This document shows, piece after piece, positions 15,354-26,500 of a DNA stretch of 64,000 nt. The notes beneath the pieces are model-generated. The model was not told the origin of the DNA, searched no databases, and was given only the letters and a program-made list of their open reading frames with translations. The position numbers were made by a program, and so were the translations under genes. The stretch lies in the NCBI RefSeq assembly GCF_000150275.1, contig NW_002060945.1, positions 1,116,630-1,180,629 on the forward strand, written 5' to 3'. This stretch comes from Trichoplax adhaerens. Taxonomy: Eukaryota > Animalia > Placozoa. How positions within the stretch are numbered: position 1 is the first letter of the stretch; each line of letters begins with the position of its first letter.

Positions 15354-15440
15354 CTGTTGAGTTAATAATTGAAGAAAAGAGAATTTCAAGAAGAACCAAG
15401 GCTACCAAGCATGAACTAGCTCTTAATTTCCAAGATGGCA
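15354..15440 (-). other. Putative non-coding first exon (5' UTR) of Arp3
   Basis: Minus-strand donor CAG|GTATAA at about 15353 and an AG acceptor just upstream of the Arp3 ATG (about 13717). The exon lies at the left edge of the ACAGT island. Confidence 0.45.
15431..15440 (-). promoter_or_regulatory. YY1/Pho-like motif TGCCATCTTG at the Arp3 5' end
   Basis: CAAGATGGCA on the + strand matches the YY1 core GCCATnTT. Confidence 0.45.
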
Positions 15441-15519
15441 CGGCGCAGCTAACACAGTCGAGTAGAGAAGTGAAAAAGTCCCAACTAGCGTTTTCGTCAG
15501 CGGCTTTGCCTACTTTTAG

Positions 15520-17080
15520 TGTACTGTACAGTAGTATATGGGACTATGGGTACGGTGGTGTGCCCTACACTGTAGCATTGCTACGGCCACCACCACGACT
15601 TTTAGCGGTCACCGGTCATCACTCAACTCAATCTTGCGAAAAGTCGTGTTGGCCGCATCAGTGCTACAGACGGACAGATCATTTATGAACTATACCCTGC
15701 ACAGTACACTGTACTGTACTGTATTATATTGTACAATAGAGTAGCATGGCCTAGACTTCTTCTACTGTACTGTACTGTAGACTGTAGTCCATGACGGTAC
15801 GATTAATCATCGAGAACTGCATACTGTACTGTAGAGTGAAAAGTCCTGTTGCACCTTGTGACTGCGGCTGTACAGTACAGTGTACAGTACTGTACAATGA
15901 GATCCGTTTTCTTTGATACAGTACTGTACTATACTCAGTGTACTGTACTGTGCTTCATCACTGCTGCTGTCCGTCCGTGTCGTCTCACTCACTCAGTAAC
16001 GATGGACTTTTCGAAAGTACAGTTACTGTACAGTACTGTACTGTATTTTTACAGTAACCTCGTCGACACGCCATCCCAGAACTATGGACTGATAGATTGA
16101 CGGATTATACGGATTAAGCTACTGTACTACAGTACTCTTACTACTCTACAGTACAGTACTGTACGTTACGTACAGTACAGTACTGTACTGTGCGCTCCTT
16201 TCGAAACTAAAAACTGTACTGTACAGTACAGTACAGTACACTGTACAGAACGTACTGTACTGCAAAAGAACATGGAAAAGCAGACGGTGTTTCAAGATTA
16301 ATTGAAGATTTTACAATTGAAGCTGTTAACGAGCGTTAATTTGATGGATGTTGTCATTTTCGGAGATATGAAAAATTCGAGGGGTGACGAATGTAGTGAT
16401 GCACCCATATTTGATTAAAAAATTACTCTATACAAGAACGACTTGGAATGTTATCCTCCGTGCAGAAATAATTTCAATCAAGTAAAAGTGTCCAATGAAT
16501 TAGAAGGTTATGCACACCTACAGTACAGTACTGTACACTGTACAGTACAGTATACTGTAGTAGTACAGTACTGTACAGTAGAACAAAGTACAGTACGGTA
16601 CTGCACTATTGTATAATGTACAGTACTGTACAGTACTGGTAGTGTTAGCTCATGAATTTGGGGATACAATTTGAAATGATCAGCCTGCTCAATAATCGGC
16701 GTGTCGCATTTGTAGTACTGTATACTGAATGATCATTTCCTATTCCTCTCTCTCTTTAGCTGGCAATAAGCTTGGCATAGACTACGAGTCGATGCCGAGG
16801 TAAATCTACTTGCTACCGTAGCATCGATGCCATTTGGTGAGTTACTGATCGCCTTAGGGTCTGGGGCTATGATACTGATTACAGTACTGTACACTGTACA
16901 GTGCAGTCCAATATTCCAAGTACTGTACAGTGTACAGTACAATATAATAAATAAATAAATAATAATATTATTATGACGTAACTGCATGTCAGGCAAGTTG
17001 ACTAATCAATCGAGATCCTAGAGTACAGTAGTTGACGAGGCTGCTGATAGAGTAGCAATCCCTGAACTGTATCATACAGT
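15520..17080. repeat. ACAGT/ACTGT pentamer-repeat island 1, between divergent Arp3 and RME-8
   Basis: Dense TACAGTACTGTA, ACTGTACAGT and (ACTGT)n runs, e.g. 15700-15960, 16120-16262, 16518-16640 and 16880-16940. The region is richer in GC and CpG than its flanks. Confidence 0.9.
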
Positions 17081-17334
17081 GTCATTCTTTCACATGACTT
17101 CACTTGGACGCAAGTCAACCTTCAGGAGTACTGACGTGCAGATACAGTCGTTCTACAGAGAGGAGCTAGAAAAAAATGTCTAGTACAGTGTCGATAACAC
17201 CGCTGGCAGGCCTAAAGGCTAGAGGCAAGCTTAGACAGCCAAGTGGATCAATCGTTGCAGCCAGGCAGCCACCTGCTTCTGCTCGTTAGGACCGACACTC
17301 GAGCCACTTGACTTAGTGGACGGGAATTTTGGGG

Positions 17335-17425
17335 GCAGCCATATTACCTTAGTCAAGCTTGTTGGCGGAATAGTCGACAAATATTCATTCGTAACAGTCA
17401 ATTCTATTAATTAACTGCCATCTTG
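17335..17425 (+). promoter_or_regulatory. YY1/Pho-like motifs (GCAGCCATATT at about 17335; TGCCATCTTG at 17416-17425) upstream of the RME-8 ATG
   Basis: Two GCCATnTT cores 110-200 bp upstream of the start codon; an E2F-like TTGGCGGAA lies between them at about 17362. Confidence 0.45.
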
Positions 17426-17538
17426 TCATTGATTATTAGCTACAAATACATTGGTTGCTTGGTATTTCTTGCCAAAACCATTTGCTATCATTGCCAAACG
17501 GTACTCCAGTCCATAGTGCCACACAGACGGCAGTGAAG

Positions 17539-20500
17539 ATGTCTGTTTGCCAAGGAAACGAAAATATTGCAAGTTATTATACAACCAAACACTCATGGCG
17601 TGGAAAGTAAATCCATTTTTTAAAACAAGTTATATCTTTTTTCTTTCATTATAGAGCGTTGTAGATAGAGATGAGGCATGTTCAATAACATTTGTAGACA
17701 CTTTTTTCTCAAGGATAAAGTGACTGTGTTTCACTACTTGGCGCTCTATCGCTAAACGTCTTGACTATTGACTAATACAACGATACGATTGATATTGATT
17801 TGATGGTCTCCGTTTCATTCTTCAGCCTTTCCTTACTTCTAATGTATTTCCTTTCCATGGATTCTAGATATAAAAGGATCTTTTCAGTGGGCAGCAAGGC
17901 TATAACAACGTATAATCCTAATACGTTAGAAATAACCAATCAGGTAGGATAAAGCCATGATACAATTTAGTCGATGTTGATCAACTTGCAGTAGCAGGCC
18001 TCAAACGAAGCGAGATACATTCTGCTATCGTACAACGCACGTACTATGTACGAGTTCTTCAATTACTGAAAGTGATCCCCTTGCAACGCTTTCTATGTAT
18101 AGTTGGTTGATTATATTTAAATTGATTTAATGACAGCCTACCAGTTGCATGATCACATCGAATAAATCACTCGTGTAATAGCTTACCATGGACTGTCTAA
18201 ATTTTTACCAAGGCATATTCTGAAATTGAATACTTTTGAAATCGATCTCTTCAGTACTAGTCGTAATAAAAAAGAAGCAAACTAAAAACAACTTGATAAA
18301 TCTCCAAATGGGTCATCACGTTATTTTAGTAAGACAAATTGAACACTACACCGTTACAAGAGGAATGGACTATTATTAGGAGTAGTTCAACGCTAGCTAG
18401 CTATGCGGTACAAAGGATTCATTTTGTCATTGACACCCCTTTTTTATCAACTTTCAGCTAAGGTTTTAGCGTAGATGATACTTTCATTTGTCAAAGAGCA
18501 CAGTACCCGAGTGAAGAATAGTTGTACTCGTAGTATTATTTTTGCACCTGCAGATAGTTTATATGATATGTCCTACACACAGCATTGTTTGCTTATGCTG
18601 AATCAACTATGTCGGAGGATAACATTTTCAAATATGGTGCTTGTTGTCGTAATGGTTGATAATCATGGATAGTTGCAAAGAATACCTCTACTGCAGGATA
18701 ATAATATTTTTTTTATTTTCACAATACTACTTGCAATCGATAAAGACGCACTTGATGATAGTACAATACTGTAATAATAGTAATAATACTCAGACTTTGT
18801 GGTAAACACTGATTCTTCTTACGTTGTTGTTACTTGGAATTTTGATACTACTTTACTATTTTAAATTAATTTAGTGGGCCTACACCGACTTTTTTGGTAT
18901 ACAAATCACTCCCAAACCCGGCTATGAATTTACCATTACCATTAGGAAAGGTATGATTATTACTACTAAATTGATCGTTGTATACTGGGTAGAATTTTTA
19001 GTGATTAGGGTAAACTGCTGGAATTGATCGTTACATTAGCAGTACGCAAGTAGTTAAATTTATGCATGACAGCTGTTATAAGTTTTGTTTTTATGAAAAT
19101 GCAGAAAAAATGCATCCATGCCAGTGTCGTATCTAACCAAGCCATCAATGAGGCTAGTACTTATGTGCAGTACCTTAATTTGAATATCGTATTCTTAGGT
19201 AAAAAATCGCAAACTATGACCTTTTCAACGGAATATCGAGCAGATGTGATCACGGAAGCATTGGTTAGTTAACTATTCAATACATGCATGATTATGTTAT
19301 TATATTTATACATCGGTAATGACCTACTGTATATTAACAGACTAGATCTTTTTGAACCTGTAAGACTCGTGTATCTTAGATATACAACTTTATTAATGTT
19401 GACAGCGCTTTAGGGGTTCATATGCCACCGATAGAGAAAAACGGATTACTGAAGATGTTAGAATTACAATTGTTAAACACTTTACATTTTTCTTACATCA
19501 TTCTACTTGTATGCTGTAATTAATATTAATACGTAAACAATAGTAATAATGAAATTATATCTTTGGCATTGCTTTGTAGAGATATGTTGCTTATAAGCAG
19601 CATTGGAGTGATACTCGTGTTCAAACAATCTTACAAGTAAGTTTACATAAATAATACTTGCATAATGAACTTACTTTCTCCAAGATTAGGCCTGTAGTCC
19701 TTAATTCAAATAATGCTATGCAAATTGATAAACTCCATCTAATTGAATGATATGCAAGTAATTGTAAATTTGTCGCAAATTATTCTTTAGGTCACGCCGG
19801 CATCTTTAGATCAAATCAACCCTGCTACTGGAAATTTAACTTGTAGCTATGATTATAAAGATATTGAAGGCATAACAACAGTACGTTACGTGATAGTAAA
19901 AACATTTAACTTTTGTATGAGGGAGATTTTTGAATAAAAATAAATCTCTTCATAGAAAGTGTTTCTGAAAGAGGCTACATTGATGACATTTACTATTTCA
20001 GGTATCTGATTGCCCAGGAGGTTTCGCTGTTATTCATGGAGGTTTTGGTAGATTGGTAAATGTTATTTTATGTACGCGTATATCAAATTATTCATCAGTA
20101 ATTCTAACATATACTATTACTGGTCGTCATTTTCTTGTAGCATGTATTTGCTTCTGAAAGCCGGGATGAAATTTTAAGGAAAATCACAGAATTATCTCTC
20201 AATGTAGTCGGTTATAGTATCAGGTATTTACGTTCGAGTAGTTACTTACAGTAGATAAAAATGTGCTCAATAGGTAGCTATGCATAATAGTGGTAATAAT
20301 TGTTGATTGTATTAAGAACTAGCTTGAGAACTCTTGTTTTAATGATGCGCTATGAAAATTGCTTGATTTTTTTACAGAGTCCGAAAAAATCCAATCACAT
20401 TGACTGAATTTGAGGAAAAACGACTAGGAAAATTTAGGTTGTTTACGAACATAATGAAATTTGGTGCCTGTATAAAATTATAAAGGAGATATTGCATATT

Positions 20501-23500
20501 ATTAGTAGTAGTAAGGTTATCCTGTATTAAGTATATCTGTCTTCTGTTGTAGTGATGATGAACATATCACATCTCTGTCTGAGTTCAGAGTTCAAAAGAT
20601 AACAAATAGATATCCGGTTAGTATAAATTTCTCCTAATATCTTACCATTATTCAGTTTTTGCTATTCACAATTACTGAGGAGGTTAATATTGAGGCATAT
20701 ATATTGGTTATATTTAATTCTGCTAGGATCCGACTTCTCGCTTATTTTGCTTAACCGAAACCTGTATTATTGAACGAGATCCAGCAACTTATAATATTGT
20801 TACATGTCGGCCATTTGGCGATATTTATGCTTTAATCCGTTATTCTGACAATCCGCAAAAGTTTGCTGTAGAATATATTCGTGGTCAAATAAGAAAATAT
20901 TATTCTACCGAAAGGTGATAAGCTACTATAAATATTTTATTTTCGTAGAAAGTTTACAGTTATATAATATATCATATTTTACACCATCTAGAGATTCGCT
21001 TCTCGCAAGTGTTTTAGATGGAGCTAGAGCTGGTGGCAATTCTGAAGTTTGTGTTAAAATGCTCGAAACAAAGAGAGGATTAAGATTTGGACCATTTCAT
21101 TCTCCAGTGGATGAAGATATAGAAAGCTTACTTCTGAAATGGCTACAAACTCCGCCAAGTATGCAAAATAATGTATTCTTTGGTGGAGAACGTAAATCTT
21201 TATATATTAATGTGAATATCATAATGTATATATCTCGTAGGCTCTGGTATCAGTGAGGCTATCGAACGTTTTAATGCCAACATATCATACAGCGGATTAT
21301 TGTATGCTGTAACGCAAGAAGTAAGTAAAATCTCAAAGTACTCACCTTAATTTCAGGGGTGCCTGTAATTGTTAATATTTAACTTAAATTTTATAGGGAT
21401 TATTTGCTGAAAATAAAGAAAAGCTCATAAATGGAGCTCTTATTGCTTTCTTACTAAATGAGCGTAAGTTAAAAACCAACGGGTAGAGTAATTACGTTAT
21501 ACTATACATATCTAATAGTTATGTCACTGATGTAATTTTACAATATATGCATTAGGAAGCCATGATACTTTGTCGAATGATGAAATTGAAGCTCAGTTTC
21601 ATGTCTTACGTCGCATAGTTGCATCAAAAATTGGATTTCAAGCATTTACTACATTACCTAGGTATTTATTTCCTGGCTTTAACCTAAAACGTTGCTTAAT
21701 GCGGTACCATAATTGTTGGGATTTCAAACTTATACTTACACTGACTGAATTACTCGTAAAAATCACATTCTTCTATTAGTTTCCGTGAAAAAATTGGTGG
21801 CAAGATACTAAAATCCCTTAAAAGAAACAACGATGGAATTTCTCATGCTGCTATTGATATGTTATGTGCTTTAATGCAGGTAATGGTTTATAATTGAATA
21901 ACAATTTATATCGAAATTTATAAAACTAAAACTGAAATACTTATATTTTAGCCTATGCATGCAAATTACGATCTCCGTCAAGAGCAGCTGAATAAATCAT
22001 CATTATTATCGTCTTCTTCTTTCGTGGAAAATTTGTTGAAACTACTAGCTAGCCACGTTGTATGTCCATTAGATATCAAGTACTTTGTAAACGTTGCTAT
22101 GACAATTCACTAAAGCGTCCGTTTTGATTTAGGATCGCGGAACTGGAGCACTGGTCGTTAGTGCGTTACTAGATTTTATAACTTTCGCATTATGTGCTCC
22201 TTACAGGTGATATACGAGACAACAATACCTGATTTAAAATTTTATTTCTCATTACATCGCACTGTAGCTATAATTTCGTTGTGTAGTGATATATAAGCAT
22301 TTACTAATTGATCTTTTTCATATGGACTTATGCGTAGTGAAACTACTGATGGAGCACAATTTGATACAGTATTGGAATTGGTAGCTGACCTCGGAAGATC
22401 ATTCTTTAGATTATTTGAGGTAACCTATTACATTCGTAACGGAATAATATGTTTTTCGCTAGTTGTGATATTGAAAAAAACTTGTTTTTGTAGCATCCTT
22501 CCCTTGCAATTCTGAAAGCTGCTGGGCTGATAATGAAGTCATTAATTGAGGTAAATAGGTTATATGAAAATATTTAATATAATCAAACCCTGGATATTGT
22601 ACTTTAGTACCATGATGCAAATATTTCTGTCATCGTTAAATAGGAAGGCAATGAAGAAGTATCAACGAGACTCCAGGAACTAGCATTATCGGAAGGGGCT
22701 CTTCCCCGACATGTACATATTGCTATGTTTACAAGTAGTACGGACGGTAGAATGTTGACTTTAAGGTATAACTTGTATAGCATTGTAGTGTGATGGTAGT
22801 TCTTTTTGGTATGCGTTGTATTCAAGGCATACTAATAATTATACTTATTTAAAACTTTCGATAGGCAATTGAGTCGGCATCTTGTAAGCTTATGGACTGA
22901 AGGAAATCCCAAAGCCATGGAACTATTTGGTAGAATACTGGTAAGCCATGAAAATGCCAGCATTGATTCATAATTATATTATCAAAACAGATAGATTTAT
23001 TAAATTACTAAAAATTAAAGTTAAGTAACTGGGCTTGATCGTAAATTCATTCATCACTCATACATAAATATTTAATTATTTCAATTATTAATTGAAAAAT
23101 TTTATTTTATGTTAAACTAACCGTTATTTTCATATTATTCATATAGCCCGCTGGCTTAGTAGCATATCTAGAATCTTCTGATGTTGCTCCGGATGACGAT
23201 ATTGATCGTATGCACGTCCGTGATAATATGAAGCTCGCTAAGGTTCATTATTGATTTAAAGTGAAGTGTGTGCACTGTATGCTAAGAAGTAGGTGGCAAG
23301 TTGTGAACATTTCTAAGTAATTTAGTTTATAATATTTACTAGGTCGCATCATCGAAAAATAAAAAAAGTTTACAGCGGCAACAGATTGAGGCGCTGCTTA
23401 TACATTGGAAAACACGTCTTGGAAGGCAGAAACCAGAGGTAGACTGATTATTATAAATATCGTATCGCTATCTTAGCATTTCAGTACCGTGAATTTGTAG

Positions 23501-26500
23501 GTACATGGGTCAATAGTATTATATCAACTAAGAGTTCCTGTATTATTTTGATTAGCCAACTACTAACAGACCAGTAGTTTTACGAAAGCGTCGTCAAAGA
23601 TTGAAAGTAGAATTAAACTGGCAGTATTTCTTTTACAAGTATGTAAAAGTTTAAATAAATTATCATTTCCTTTTGTCATCTTGGAGTTAACGTAATAGAG
23701 GTTACAACTTACTTTATTAAACAGATTTTATGAAGACCACTCTAATGCTTGGTTAATATGGAATTACAAGGTTATATAAGATGACAATGTCGTAAATCCT
23801 GAAATCTGTGTTTTGTACTCAGTGGGTTGTATTCCTTATTTTTAGACTAGGGAAGAATTAAGAGAAGCCTTAGAAATGGAGATGAGACTTTTCATGCAAG
23901 ATCGGGTGCGTTCGAACTTTAATTCTGTACTTGGTTTTACGTTCAGTTGTGTCAGTGACGTCTAATAATGTATTGGTAACTCATAGGAGCTCAGTCAAAA
24001 ACAGATAATTTCTTGGAATCATGTTGAATTTGAAGTTCGCTATGAGAGCCTGTCTGAGGAAATCAAAATAGGTTAACAGAATTGAGTTACTTATATTATC
24101 AGTATGTGGGAGTAGACAGTCTAACGTACTCATTATTCATGGCTTGAAATATTTTTATGTATTTAGGCGATTACTACCTTCGATTATTGCTGGAAGATGA
24201 CGAATCTGTTCTTATTAAACAATCGTGAGTATACATCTTTAATAATACTGCTGTTACTTTTAACATTGATGAATTGTAAATATCTGAAGTACCAATAAGC
24301 GTTCTTATCTTAATATAATTTCAGATATCAATTTTTTAATGACCTGTACCATCGATTCTTGCTATCCCCTAAACCACAAATGAAAGCATTATGCTTACAG
24401 GTAAGGATTTATCCAAGACAGTATAGGCATTATAATTGCCATGGCAGCTCTAAAAGTAGAGTAACTCTATTGAATCGAATAGTGTAATGTATTAATTTAG
24501 TGATAACTATTGCTCTTTTTGGACATAGGCAATGGCAATTGTGTATGGAAAATGTTATGAAGAAATTGGTGTTTTCAATGATACGAGATATATTGTGAAA
24601 ATGATAGAAAGGGTGAAGCAATAAATAGATTTTTTTAGTTCGTGGTGTCTTGCTTTAATCAAATATTTATATCTTTTGATAGACTATCGACAAGCTAGAA
24701 AGAGACCGTTTACTATTTTTTGTCCATAAGCTTATTAATAGAAGAGTAAGATTGGATAATAGTATCGCCATTATTGTTCATTGTATATTGTATATTATCC
24801 TATGAGTCTTCAACACCATATTAACAGAAATATTTTATGTAGGAAAATGTTAAGGCTATAATGGATGCTAATGGAGTTAGAATTTTTGTTGATTTACTTA
24901 CTTTATCACATCTGCATGTTACAAGGGCAACCGTACCACTACAGGTACGACGTATAATTAAACTTTTCGTGAACTTATAACAATGCTGCAATGCGATATT
25001 ATATATTAACTCGATTCTTATTTTCGTTCGAAATATCATTAGACAAACGTCATTGAGGCTGCTCCAGATATGGCTAGAGATACAGAGAAGGAGTGGTACT
25101 ATGGAAATGCGGACAAAGAAAGATTAGGACCTTCAGTTTTAAAGAGGTATAGCACTGCATACTGTATACGTATATGTATCAAATCTAATGTAATATATAT
25201 TAGATACAGCGTTCATCATATGTATTTTAAAATGCTTTAGATGAGAGAATTTTGGGCCAGTGACGTTTTGAGACCCACTACCCGTTGTTGGGCTCAAGGG
25301 ATGGATGGATGGCGACCATTACATAGCATACCCCAGCTTAAATGGTGCTTAATGGCGACTGGTACGGCTGTAATGAATGAAACGGATATGGCTGTCTTAA
25401 TTCTTAATATACTTAACAAAATGTGTGAATACTACCCTAACAAGTAAGTCTCCTTATGAGATAATGCTGTTTTCTATTCGTCAATTTACCAGAATGAAAC
25501 TACTATTATAGGGACGAAGATGGAGCAATTGTTCGTCCTATGCCTAGAATCAAGCGAATGCTAAGCGATCAGACTTGTTTGCCCCACCTTGTACAACTAT
25601 TCTTAACATTTGATCCTATTATTGTTGAAAAAACAGCCCTATTACTTCATTCTATCGTCATGGACAATCCAATCCTTCCGCGCTTATATTTATCTGGGGC
25701 TTTCTTTTTTATTATGATGTATACTGGGTCTAATGTTCTACCAATTGGTAAATTTCTTGTGGATACGCATAACAAGCAGGCATTTCGCTCAGATGAGGAG
25801 CAACAAGCATCTGATGTTGTAAATCGTAGTATACTTAGTCAAATGTTACCAGAAGCTATGGTTTGTTATATTGAAAATTATGGCGCAAATAAATTTGCCG
25901 AAGTATTTCTCGGCGAATTTGATACACCTGAAACTATTTGGAATACAGAAATGAGGCGAATGATGATTGAAAAACTTGCATCCCACTTGGCAGACTTTAC
26001 TCCCCGATTGCTTAGCAATACTAGGGCACTTTATCAGTATTGTCCTCTTCCAAGGCTTACATATCCGCAGCTGGAGAATGAACTATTCTGTAATATTTAC
26101 TATCTCAGAGCTCTTTGCGACATTGCTAGATTTCCAGATTGGCCTATTAAGGATCCCATCAAACTTCTTAAAGATGTTCTAATGGAATGGAAAAAGGAAG
26201 TTGAAAAGAAAGGCTCGTCAATGTCAAGTGAGGAAGCATACAAAATTCTGGGATTAGAAACTGGTGTAGGCGGCCATGAAGAATCTAAAGTTCGTAAAGC
26301 CTATTTCAAATTAGCGCAGAAATATCACCCTGATAAAAATCCTGAAGGAAGAGAAATGTTCGAAACTATCAATAAGGCTTATGAGTTTTTAGGCAGCAAA
26401 TCTGAGAAAAAGACCGACGGTCCGGACCCTAATAATATTGTCTTAGTCTTGAGGACTCAATCAATTTTATATTCAAGATATAAAGAGGATTTGGCTCCTT

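Noticed and set aside
15470-16996. Short ORFs in island 1 rich in Y/S/T/V/L/C/Q
   Set aside because: They are translations of the ACAGT/ACTGT repeat, which is poor in stop codons, with no protein-like features.
15520-17080. Repeat/spacer alternation as a CRISPR-like array
   Set aside because: No fixed-length direct repeat, no regular 30-40 bp spacers, no cas genes, and the context is eukaryotic.
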